Part shown: piece by piece, positions 36,901 to 44,543 of the stretch
Layout: each line of letters starts with the position of its first letter
Position numbering within the stretch: the stretch's first letter is position 1
Source: an uncultured Phycisphaera sp.
GTDB taxonomy: Bacteria; Planctomycetota; Phycisphaerae; UBA1845
Direction: 5' to 3'
DNA length: 51,015 nt
Assembly (NCBI GenBank): GCA_964421865.1
Contig: CAYQZH010000002.1
Coordinates: 1 to 51,015 of the forward strand
Notes under the pieces: model-generated
What the model was told of the DNA's origin: nothing
Seen by the model: only the letters and a program-made list of their open reading frames with translations
Databases searched by the model: none
Made by a program: the position numbers and the translations under genes

Positions 36901-36939
36901 GCACAGTTCAGTCAAGAAGGAACTTCGCACAACCCATGA
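33931..36939 (+). CDS. 1002-aa multi-zinc-ribbon protein with a J-domain-like segment lacking HPD and two C-proximal TM helices
   Basis: The N-terminal ribbon is CPHCHLEAQIRADGICQACG. The J-like helices are IYRRNLFRVLGLPVNASPKDVQQQQNRRKIQEKLG...IRAAMERLNRPVDRLLDELFWFWP, and there is no HPD tripeptide anywhere. Further ribbons are CPCCG..CSQC, CHFCG, CKRC and CDRC..CRRC. The TM helices are FAFAAAIFLPAVGLALA and VIVGGAIPLFMVLSVPVGL. Confidence 0.8.
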   Translation: MECPHCHLEAQIRADGICQACGRNRWEPTPESGATAVNPKPNAQLGRDGVAATAIPECEELIELATPHIYRRNLFRVLGLPVNASPKDVQQQQNRRKIQEKLGIAASAHHGGPLVLEPPPTEEDIRAAMERLNRPVDRLLDELFWFWPTNGSVAGDPALKAVEQGNVDKAAKLWTEQAELGGQREIATHNLAVLDHLIALDYEARLASQSLDTKEQEPLADLWLRVFVRWGEVLDGEEFWSVVKNRVRDLDDAQLTTGFVRRVRGTLPTALLLINAKIAYSAAERSDSELARQHYQLLQLADFRCGLADEAIRESLKPIRNRIKTATDNAKGRWTRTPHHGNRFARELHEQAKSMLAIVDAILPENDLTRAGLHDLVAETMREGLVDFGNKTNDWQECDRILKLAEELAIGQAVKTKLSNDRAIVQQNAKDGNDWCSPGYWDLPEETITQLEAARAKTQAGDYEGAGRLLVVLDPKIGKPLRCCLAFCLSHRGSQIAGQGLNDFSSEPTPKVQRFLDVIGRLGSVPLPNPNMQSWQLPDCPCCGTKSYTSWVNGEYKGQRYWMCSQCSEEDNREREKRKRVLRKSISESLEYVLLADELDPNNTGIRENLKSLKEIANDIGASIPKTKGLKEKLGAETTRGKRHEFESSPEDTVCHFCGEHAADESCRITVAMCGDLQPAELLFCKGTEYEYGDAIVPRCKRCFGAHREVAEAQTAIEQAESIGKECDRCKSSLFWHRCLCRRCDSRVFQLGRLSKGFAFAAAIFLPAVGLALATDYYEVLASVADFVAANSGLTLTDAGFWVRVIVGGAIPLFMVLSVPVGLKRRQRCLRREMSEKRQAEIQQRRHVAHNIAQKKLDEAASFLRSAGIKSESAYLEFHRINELCGRGWRFGHVTEANGKAAIEDLDYVKGLVSGVRRASEGSIVEIAALKTAISEMRCWDDNLETLSRRAVQALVLRGFSPKDARRQLEGAGVSRRAARSLVREAASDNAQFSQEGTSHNP

Positions 36940-37051
36940 AATGATTGAAAGGCCGCGCACACCGGGGGTGGTCGAGCGGTAGTAACAATAACAAGCAAAA
37001 GGAAGGTAAACTTCGGACGGTGCAAGGATCGTCCGCCACGGACTCGATGGC

Positions 37052-37984
37052 ATGAATGACAAGACACACAAAAACGAGCCGCTTCTTGGCGTGAAGAGCG
37101 GCATACTTGAAGCAGTCCGACAGTGGTGCTTCCCACTGGAGTTTCGCATCGCTGCGCCAGGTATGCCCTTGGATGCGCTAACGGAAGTCGAAACAGCGAT
37201 ACGGTGCGCACCTGTTACGCAACCAGCGGGACGGCCCACCGCTCCAACTGAATCTAGCACGTCGAACGAACTCGTTGCGGACTTGGCTACCTGTCTCTGG
37301 TATCTCAAGACAAAGCACTTCAATCGCAAATGGGAGGACGACGAAACAGGCGACGACGACCCACGGGTGCGTCGATCGCTGAGTCGGCTAAACAAAGGGA
37401 TTACCGCACTAAAGGGGGCTGGCGTCGAGGTCCACGATCCCACCAACAAGCGTTATCCACAGGGGGGCGAGGGTATGATGCGGCCACTTCAGTTTCAGCC
37501 GACGGCTGGCTTGACCTTCGAGGTCGTTAGCGACACTGTCGCCCCCATCATTTACCGGGATGACCGGCTCATCCAGCGCGGTGAGGTATTTGTCGCTGTC
37601 CCGAAGGAACAGACAAGCGATGCGTCGGCGTCCACCGCCCAGGCCGCCTCACCTAGCGTCGAAGAGGTGCCCGTGACGGACGAGTCCTTGCCATCGCAGG
37701 CAGAAGCGTTGACGACTACAGCTGCCAAAGTGGCGAACTGCGGGGCCCCCAAAGGGGCAGCACCGGCGGACGACGGTAGCATCGAGTCCCTGACCTCAAA
37801 GCAAGTTGCCGGCGCAACTGACGAGGAAGTGGCCGACGAAAAGCGACTGGGGCCAGCAACCTCATGCAACGCCGCCAATCACGAAACTACGGCCGCGGAG
37901 GCTGAATTGGAGACGTATCGGGCAGGGGGCGAGCCAGACTCGAAACAAGAACCAAAGACAAACAAGGACGATGGAACGGTATAG
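37052..37984 (+). CDS. divergent GrpE-like nucleotide-exchange-factor candidate with acidic/Ala-rich tail
   Basis: The segment LNKGITALKGAGVEVHDPTNKRYPQGGEGMMRPLQFQPTAGLTFEVVSDTVAPIIYRDDRLIQRGEVFVAVPKE follows the GrpE C-terminal pattern (GVE.I...G..FDP..H.A........V..V...GY...DR.IR.A.V.V). It sits between the J-like gene and an Hsp70 gene. The CDS itself is confident, but the functional call is moderate. Confidence 0.55.
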   Translation: MNDKTHKNEPLLGVKSGILEAVRQWCFPLEFRIAAPGMPLDALTEVETAIRCAPVTQPAGRPTAPTESSTSNELVADLATCLWYLKTKHFNRKWEDDETGDDDPRVRRSLSRLNKGITALKGAGVEVHDPTNKRYPQGGEGMMRPLQFQPTAGLTFEVVSDTVAPIIYRDDRLIQRGEVFVAVPKEQTSDASASTAQAASPSVEEVPVTDESLPSQAEALTTTAAKVANCGAPKGAAPADDGSIESLTSKQVAGATDEEVADEKRLGPATSCNAANHETTAAEAELETYRAGGEPDSKQEPKTNKDDGTV

Positions 37985-38003
37985 TCGCGAAAGGGTCTCA
38001 GAT

Positions 38004-40505
38004 ATGCCACGAACGACCATTGATTTCGGTATCGACCTGGGGACGACCAACAGCACCGTCGCTGTGATCGATGGAATAGACGCGAAGGTCATCCCGAACA
38101 AGGGCGGATCGGGAATCACGCCTTCTGCCGTGTGGATCGACAAGCGCGGCAGCATCCACGTCGGTCAGGAGCCGAAGCTGCACGCTTTGGTCGATGACGC
38201 AGACAACGCCGACCTGGAGTTTAAGCTCCGCATGGGTCTCGGTGACGAGGGCAAGAAGGTATTTGCCCGCAGTAGTCGGGAGATGCTGCCCGAAGAACTG
38301 TCGGCCGAGGTGCTCAAGTCCTTGAAAACCGACGTCCGGAGCAACATGAACGAGGACCTCCGCGCAGTCGTGATCACCGTCCCAGCGGCCTTCGAGAACC
38401 CGCAGACCACCGCTACGCGCAAGGCTGCTGAACTCGCCGGTTTTACGCTCAGTCCGCTGCTTCTAGAGCCGGTCGCCGCTTCGCTGGCTTACGGCTTCCA
38501 GACCCAGAGCGAAAATGTCTACTGGATGGTGTACGACTTCGGCGGCGGCACATTCGATGCGGCGGTGATGCACATCCGCGACGGCCTGATTCAGTATGTG
38601 AAACACAATGGAGATAACTTCCTCGGTGGCAAACTAATCGATTGGGATATCGTGACCAAGGTGCTAATCCCGCCCCTTACCAAACAGTTCAACTTACCCG
38701 ACTTCAGACGCGGCAATCCGCGATGGCGGTTCGCTATCGGCAAAATGAAATACTACGCCGAACAAGCGAAGATCGAGGTATGCCGCTCGAAGGCTCCGTA
38801 CGAGATCTGGATCGAGAGGCTGTGCGAGGATGCGGACGGAAAGGAGGTCGACTTCGCCTACACGCTAACGCCAAAAGATGTGGAGCAGGTCAGCAAACCG
38901 CATATCGAAAAGTCGCTGGGCTGGTGCCGCTCGACGCTGGAGCAGGCGCGGCTGAGCGGATCGGATATGGAGCGGATTCTGATGGTTGGCGGCACGACAC
39001 TGAACCCCTGGGTTCGAGAGGCGGTCCAAGCCGAGTTGGCCAGCCGGCTCGAGTTCGGTATCGATCCGGTAACGGTCGTCGCGCGGGGGGCCGCCATCTT
39101 CGCGAGCACGCAGGCCCTGCCGCCGGACCCCTCGGCAGCGGTCCCCAAGGGAACCTGGCAAATCCAGTTCGAGCACAAGCCGGTCGGCAACGTGCCTGAC
39201 CCGGACATCGGCGGTCGTATCATGCCTCCGGATGGTCGGAGCGTTGCAGGCTTCACCATCGAACTCGTCGACACGAAGACGCAGTGGCGGTCGGGCCGGA
39301 TCACCCTTGGAGGGGATGGCGTGTTCATGACGCAGCTCCATGCGGAGAAGCAGCGGCGACACGAGTACGCTATCGAACTTTGCGACGCGAAGGGCACACA
39401 TATCCCGACCACGCCGGATCGTGTCTCGTACACCGTTGGCGTGATCCCACAGGAGAATCCACCTGCGGCAATGACCATCGCGGTAGGCTTGGCGGATGGC
39501 GGAGTGGCAATCTACCTAAAGAAAGGCACCAAGCTACCAGCCCGCAAAACGATCGATCACTACACTACCGTCGCACTCCGTGCGGGGCACGCAAAAGACG
39601 AACTGCGCATTCCCCTGCTCGAAGGTGAGCACGCTCGCGCGGAACGCAACCACGGCATCGGCGTGATGACGATCAAGGGGTCTGACATCCGGCGCGACCT
39701 GCCAGCCGGCAGCCAGATCGAGATCACCCTCGTCATGGACACGTCTCAGCAGGTTCGTCTCCAAGCCTATGTGAATTGCTTGGACGAGGACTTCGACGTC
39801 AGTTTCGATCCACAGATGAAACACAACTCGCTTGCAGACCTTTGCAAAGACGCGCACCAGCAAAAAACGCGCTTGGCAAACGCTCGTGAGAAGGCTGAGC
39901 GAACGAACGCACTGAAGGCCGAGGCTGCCCTGTCAACGATCGAAGACCAACAGTTGCTCGGGCACGTCGATTCACTTATCGAGGCTGCCGGCAACGACCC
40001 GGATGCTGTTGCCCAACTTGACCGCCGAGTCCGCGAGTTAGCATCAGCCGTCGATGAGGTAGAGGATTCCATTGAATGGCCAGATCTTCTAGTGAAAGCT
40101 GAAGAGTCTCGCAAGGAAACCGAGCGTGTAGTGGGAGAGTACGGCGAAGCCAGCGATCGAAACAGGCTCCGTTCGCTCAAGGAAGAACTCCAGCGGGCTG
40201 TCGATACAGGGGACCCTGATCTACTCCGCCGGTATATCGACGAGCTCTGGGGCCTGTACTTCCAAGTGCTTGACCGGCAGCCGGGTTTCCATGTCGGGCA
40301 GTTTAACCGGCTTGTTGAGCGGGTCCAGTCGATGCGCGACCCGGGGCAGGCAGAACAGGTCATTGCGCAAGGCCGCCGCGCGATCAACAACAACGACATC
40401 GAGGCGTTGAAGGCCGCCAATCGCCAGCTCCTCTCCCTTCTGCCTCGGGACATTCAAGAGCAGGTCAAGCATGAGAATGTCGGCGACACAATTACAAGAG
40501 GGTAA
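38004..40505 (+). CDS. non-canonical Hsp70-family ATPase (833 aa) with an inserted domain before the substrate-binding beta-domain and a ~230-aa helical C-terminal extension
   Basis: Hsp70 motifs are IDFGIDLGTTNSTVAV, VITVPAAFENPQTTATRKAAELAGF, YDFGGGTFDAAV and MVGGTTLNPWVREAV. The SBD-beta-like segment is MTIAVGLADGGVAIYLKKGTKLPARK...PLLEGEH. The start was chosen at MPRTTIDFG (ATG 38004); ATG 37971 is an alternative, and the track start at 37806 lies inside the previous gene. Confidence 0.9.
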   Translation: MPRTTIDFGIDLGTTNSTVAVIDGIDAKVIPNKGGSGITPSAVWIDKRGSIHVGQEPKLHALVDDADNADLEFKLRMGLGDEGKKVFARSSREMLPEELSAEVLKSLKTDVRSNMNEDLRAVVITVPAAFENPQTTATRKAAELAGFTLSPLLLEPVAASLAYGFQTQSENVYWMVYDFGGGTFDAAVMHIRDGLIQYVKHNGDNFLGGKLIDWDIVTKVLIPPLTKQFNLPDFRRGNPRWRFAIGKMKYYAEQAKIEVCRSKAPYEIWIERLCEDADGKEVDFAYTLTPKDVEQVSKPHIEKSLGWCRSTLEQARLSGSDMERILMVGGTTLNPWVREAVQAELASRLEFGIDPVTVVARGAAIFASTQALPPDPSAAVPKGTWQIQFEHKPVGNVPDPDIGGRIMPPDGRSVAGFTIELVDTKTQWRSGRITLGGDGVFMTQLHAEKQRRHEYAIELCDAKGTHIPTTPDRVSYTVGVIPQENPPAAMTIAVGLADGGVAIYLKKGTKLPARKTIDHYTTVALRAGHAKDELRIPLLEGEHARAERNHGIGVMTIKGSDIRRDLPAGSQIEITLVMDTSQQVRLQAYVNCLDEDFDVSFDPQMKHNSLADLCKDAHQQKTRLANAREKAERTNALKAEAALSTIEDQQLLGHVDSLIEAAGNDPDAVAQLDRRVRELASAVDEVEDSIEWPDLLVKAEESRKETERVVGEYGEASDRNRLRSLKEELQRAVDTGDPDLLRRYIDELWGLYFQVLDRQPGFHVGQFNRLVERVQSMRDPGQAEQVIAQGRRAINNNDIEALKAANRQLLSLLPRDIQEQVKHENVGDTITRG

Positions 40506-40574
40506 TGTTACGCCATGATTGCCGTGCTGCTGGGATACCAGGGCAAACAAACCAGTGCCGAAGAAACCTAGAGG

Positions 40575-41648
40575 ATGCCGGCCATGCGATTCAATTCGAG
40601 CAATACAACTGCGGATACGAGTAGTTCCATGTCTGGCGCCAACAAGGGTTCTGCCAGACTCTTTTCTGCGGCCGTCATCCTGGCGAGAAGGGGCCGATAC
40701 GTCGAAGCTACCAAGCTGCTTCAGAAGGCTCATGGTGCCGGAGAGTGTTCGGATGCTGAAGCCTTAGATTTGCAGGCCCGCATCTACGCTCAGCAAGGGC
40801 TCTACTTGCATGCCGAATCCTGCTGGAACAAGGCGAAACAACTCGATGGATCAACTCCAGCATACGATGAAGCGCTGAGCCGGCTTCGCCGAGCTCGTCA
40901 TTCGAGCGGCCGCTTTGTGCGGGTGAGCGTTATTATATCCGTACTCCTAATCCTGGGCCTTTTATTCTGGCAGGTCGCGTTCGTCAACCCAACCATTGTC
41001 GCTCGCCAGGACGCAGCCGAGAGTTCGCTTAGCGCGATTCGCGGGGAAATCGCCGCACTGCAAGACGCTTCACGGGGACGGGATCAAGCCCTCGCCACGA
41101 CCGTCACGAGCTTGGGCACTGGCCTAACCGATTTCGAGTCGCGCCTTTCCGAACGGTTGGAATTGGTGCCAACAGTCTCGCGGACCGCAGAAGACCGCAA
41201 TGCCGTGATCGCCCGTGTCGATGCGCAGATTGGCGTGCTTCAGAAGGCCCTCGAGCGCGAGGCTGGCAGTCTGGAAACCCGTCGCGCCGAGGCCGACATT
41301 GCGCAGGTCAAGAGAATCGAAACTCTCGAAGCGGCCATCGCCGACATGGGCAAGGTCTTGGCTTCTCTTGAAGAAGGACTCAGCAAGCGTGTTGAGGCAG
41401 CCGAGATCCGTCTTGCCGAACGCGTCGATGCGATGGATGACACCGTTAAGCGCGAGATGAAGTCCCTGCCCACTTCAGCCGAACTCGCGACACTCGGCGA
41501 CTCAATCTCCAAACTCCATGAGCAGCTTGCGGAGATTGCGGCTGCGGTTAAACCGCCTAAGGGTGCTTCCGATCAGAATGTTGGTGGAGCCGACGATGAC
41601 AAGAGAACGGACCAACCGTCGCCCCCGCCAGAGGGACAGCGACCATGA
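40575..41648 (+). CDS. TPR-like / single-TM / long coiled-coil protein (357 aa)
   Basis: The N-terminal TPR-like part is ARRGRYVEATKLLQKAHGAG...ARIYAQQGLYLHAESCWNKAKQLD. The TM helix is VSVIISVLLILGLLFWQVAFV. About 200 aa of heptad-like E/A/L/R-rich sequence follow, ending in a P-rich tail. Confidence 0.75.
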   Translation: MPAMRFNSSNTTADTSSSMSGANKGSARLFSAAVILARRGRYVEATKLLQKAHGAGECSDAEALDLQARIYAQQGLYLHAESCWNKAKQLDGSTPAYDEALSRLRRARHSSGRFVRVSVIISVLLILGLLFWQVAFVNPTIVARQDAAESSLSAIRGEIAALQDASRGRDQALATTVTSLGTGLTDFESRLSERLELVPTVSRTAEDRNAVIARVDAQIGVLQKALEREAGSLETRRAEADIAQVKRIETLEAAIADMGKVLASLEEGLSKRVEAAEIRLAERVDAMDDTVKREMKSLPTSAELATLGDSISKLHEQLAEIAAAVKPPKGASDQNVGGADDDKRTDQPSPPPEGQRP

Positions 41649-41682
41649 GCTGGGCGAACGCGACGTCCAGTGGGTTTGCATC

Positions 41683-43200
41683 ATGAGCATCGTCGGTTTA
41701 GATTTTGGCACTACCAAGTGTCTTGGTGCGATTTGGAAAAACGAAAAGCCTCTGATAGTCGGCACTGGCATCGACGATTCTCGTATCCCCTCATTGGTTT
41801 TGGTTCTTCCCGACGGCACGACACTAGTAGGGTCGGAGGCGCAGCATTATCGGGGTAGGTACGGCGGCGGTTGCCTTTCGATTCCGGGTTGCAAGCGGCG
41901 GATGGAAACGCGAGAGGGGCTCGCCTGGGCAAGCTGGCATGCCCAACGGCACGAAGTTGCAGCGATGGTCCTACAATACGCAAAAGGGAGGGTGGAGAAC
42001 CGCGCGGGCTCACCGATTTCGACAGCTGTGCTTACGGTACCAGGTTGTGCCACGCTCAGTTATCGCGAGGCACTCGTAAAAGCCGCTACGATCGCTGGAA
42101 TCAAGGTCGACAGGCTTCTGGGCGAAGCGGTCGCAGCAGCATTGCCCTTCATTTTCTCGCCGCGTTGCCCGGCGGAGTGTACCCTGGCGTCGGTGACCTT
42201 CGGTGGTGGCACGCTGGACATCGCGTTCATGGGGGTCGACAAGAGCATCGGCGTCGTTGAAGTTCTTGGCGTTGCAGGCGATCCCAAGCTCGGTGGCCAG
42301 GATTTTGACGACATCATCGTTGACCACATTGTTGCTTGCAACCCATCAGCGCGCGCAGGACAAGATCGGCTCAGCAACGCGCAATATGAAATCCTCCGCG
42401 AAGTCGCATCCCAGATAAAGACCGACCTCAGTTTCGCGTCCAGCGCAACGATCCGTCTGACTGGCCTCTTCACTGCGCAATCTTCATCGACGCGGCTCCA
42501 AGACCCCGAACTGACGCGCGACGCCTTCCAGAAGATGTCGCAAGGTCTTCTTGCTCGCGTTGAGCGCGCTACGGAGAAAGCCCTTGTTGACGTCGAGTGG
42601 AAGGGTGGCAGATGGCATGGAGAACGCCTCGTGCTCCTCAACGGCGGTAGCAGCAGAATGCCGGCCTTTCAGGACCTCATACGAAAGGCGTTCTATCCTT
42701 GTACTCGCATCTTTTCTGGATCGGAAACAAGTGCTGTCGATGGCGCGCTGATGTACGCACGTATTCTCGGTGGAGAGAACAAGAGCTTCATCGTGATGGA
42801 TGTCCTACCGCATCCAATGCATCTTGGCTTGGCCGGGGGTAATTCTGTAACAGTATTTCCTCGTGGGTCGCATATCCCAACAACAGAGACCGTCGCACTG
42901 TCGGCGAATGGCGACGGTATGCGCGAACTCAGGATCCCTATTTTCGAAGGAGAGGTAGAAGAAGGTGGCACGGGCAGGACCCCCTACGGCTGGATTTGCC
43001 TGACGGGAGTAGGTCAATCTGGGCGCGATACGCCGCGCATAGACTTGTCGATTCATGTGGATTGGAGGATGCGGCTTGGGGTCTGTGCGATTGACCAGCA
43101 AAGCAAAAAGGAAATAGCTGCGCGGGTAGAAAGTGCTTTCGCTTCTGCGGGGGCCAGAGACGTTGAATTCGTGTATTCTAAACATAGGATGGCGCCGTAG
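41683..43200 (+). CDS. lidless Hsp70-like ATPase (505 aa)
   Basis: Motifs are VGLDFGTTKCLGA, VLTVPGCATLSYREALVKAATIAGI, VTFGGGTLDIAFM and LLNGGSSRMPAFQDLI. The SBD-beta-like segment is VMDVLPHPMHLGLAGGNSVTVFPRGSHIPT...IPIFEGE. The protein ends right after the beta-domain, so it has no helical lid. Confidence 0.85.
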   Translation: MSIVGLDFGTTKCLGAIWKNEKPLIVGTGIDDSRIPSLVLVLPDGTTLVGSEAQHYRGRYGGGCLSIPGCKRRMETREGLAWASWHAQRHEVAAMVLQYAKGRVENRAGSPISTAVLTVPGCATLSYREALVKAATIAGIKVDRLLGEAVAAALPFIFSPRCPAECTLASVTFGGGTLDIAFMGVDKSIGVVEVLGVAGDPKLGGQDFDDIIVDHIVACNPSARAGQDRLSNAQYEILREVASQIKTDLSFASSATIRLTGLFTAQSSSTRLQDPELTRDAFQKMSQGLLARVERATEKALVDVEWKGGRWHGERLVLLNGGSSRMPAFQDLIRKAFYPCTRIFSGSETSAVDGALMYARILGGENKSFIVMDVLPHPMHLGLAGGNSVTVFPRGSHIPTTETVALSANGDGMRELRIPIFEGEVEEGGTGRTPYGWICLTGVGQSGRDTPRIDLSIHVDWRMRLGVCAIDQQSKKEIAARVESAFASAGARDVEFVYSKHRMAP

Positions 43201-43287
43201 CGGACTTTAACACGTAAGGGGTTATACGTCATGGCGTAATGTGTGCCTTGACTTATCCCCTGACGGCGGCAGCACGAAGCACTAAGT

Positions 43288-43818
43288 ATGAATGGCAAAC
43301 AGATCATTGACGTAGCTGCTGAGGTGGCCCGGCTTGTGGTTGAGTCGCGACTCCGTGACTTTGCGCTGATCGCCCAGACAGACCGCAGTGACCGCATACG
43401 AGCGGTTGCGGCAGTCATATCAAAGTTTCCTCCCGGAGGATATCTAATCGGCTGCGGCCCGTATTCTTGCGGCATTGTGCCGTTGACCGTTGACGAATTG
43501 GTCCTTGGTCGCCCGCCGTCACCTCTGGAGGGAGTTCCGGAGTCTGTCGCAGACTTCACGCTGAACGATGCAGTGTGGATGTTGCCGCGCGAAGCATCGA
43601 GAATCCATGCCAGCATCATTCGTCGTACTGTAAACGGGAATGCTAGGTACTGGGTGAGAGACGAACGCAGTCGCGCCGGAACGTACGTGAACTGCCGGCA
43701 GGTCGAAGCAGGCGAAGATGCCGCGGACATTGACAAGGCGGTAGAGTTGACAAACGGCGACATACTCTCGCTGGGTCCGTCGGGTGTCAACGCCTACGTC
43801 TTCTACGTCGCCAGCTAA
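43288..43818 (+). CDS. FHA-domain protein (176 aa)
   Basis: The FHA pattern is LVLGRPPSP...DFTLNDAVWMLPREASRIHASIIRRTVNGNARYWVRDERSRAGTYVNCRQV...ELTNGDILSLGPSGVNAYVF, matching G-R...SR.HA......Y.v.D..S..GT.VN....L..GD.i.lG. Confidence 0.85.
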   Translation: MNGKQIIDVAAEVARLVVESRLRDFALIAQTDRSDRIRAVAAVISKFPPGGYLIGCGPYSCGIVPLTVDELVLGRPPSPLEGVPESVADFTLNDAVWMLPREASRIHASIIRRTVNGNARYWVRDERSRAGTYVNCRQVEAGEDAADIDKAVELTNGDILSLGPSGVNAYVFYVAS

Positions 43819-43979
43819 CCACTCGCATTGAGGCAAGCAGTACACGGGTGGTTCGGTAGTACGCTGGTGTGCCCAATTGCGGTTTATGAAACCGCTGCCG
43901 CGATCGCGTGAACGGCATCAAGGACACCCTTAGAAAAACCGCGTTATCCCGGTACGGGATTTTCTCCGCCGGTCCGGGC

Positions 43980-44432
43980 TCACGCTGCGGCAACCCTGAC
44001 TTCGTCGCACAGCGGGCGAACACGAGCCCTAGGTCTCATGCCCTCGAAAGAGCGAAGCCGTGCCAACTCTCGCACCAATCCGGTGACGAAATCACTACCG
44101 CCGCCCGCTCCACTCGCGGCTGTGTCATGCAAGCGACCACGCGTTTGGCGATTTCCGGCTTGGACAGCCGCCAGCCCTTTCCGTAACTCGCACCCTTTGA
44201 GCGCCATCAAGGCGCGGTCCTCGTCCGCTTGCGAAATGTAGCTCCAAAGCCCCTGGCGAACGACGGCGATGAAAAGCCCGCATGGGTTTTGCCGACCGAC
44301 CCGTTGGGCATGTTCCGCCGCCGCGAAAAACCGTAACCGTTCCGCGGAACTCTCACCCACCAATCCGTTGCTCACCGCTTGCCCAAACAGCGCGTCGAGT
44401 CGCTTCGCACTACGTAGGTCGTCGGGCACCAC
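43980..44432 (-). CDS. hypothetical protein (150 aa), mobile-element-context type
   Basis: It has a GTG start. The sequence RLDALFGQAVSNGLVGESSAERLRFFAAAEHAQRVGRQNPCGLFIAVVRQGLWSYISQADEDRALMALKG is well-behaved. G+C returns to a higher level here. Confidence 0.55.
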   Translation of the reverse strand: MVPDDLRSAKRLDALFGQAVSNGLVGESSAERLRFFAAAEHAQRVGRQNPCGLFIAVVRQGLWSYISQADEDRALMALKGCELRKGLAAVQAGNRQTRGRLHDTAASGAGGGSDFVTGLVRELARLRSFEGMRPRARVRPLCDEVRVAAA

Positions 44433-44543
44433 CCGATGCCATACGGGCTTCTCCGGATTCTTTGTTCGCTTGCGAACACCAACCGACCGGCTGAAACCCG
44501 GGTTATGGTTTTTAGATCCCGAAGGGAGATTATGTTTATCTAT

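Larger units (their letters stand above)
16500..43950. other. compositionally distinct (lower G+C) genomic island; boundaries approximate
   Basis: Spot counts are 44/60 G+C at 1201-1260 versus 25/60 at 17401-17460 and 34/60 at 38041-38100. The island is flanked by gene fragments (YcaQ on the left) and mobile-element-type genes on the right. The internal IS21 fragment has the higher host-like G+C. Confidence 0.6.

Noticed and set aside
37806-38003. Track start of the long Hsp70 ORF at 37806
   Set aside because: That extension lies inside the preceding GrpE-like gene in another frame. Hsp70 proteins begin a few residues before the GIDLGTTNS motif, so ATG 38004 (or 37971) is the sensible start.
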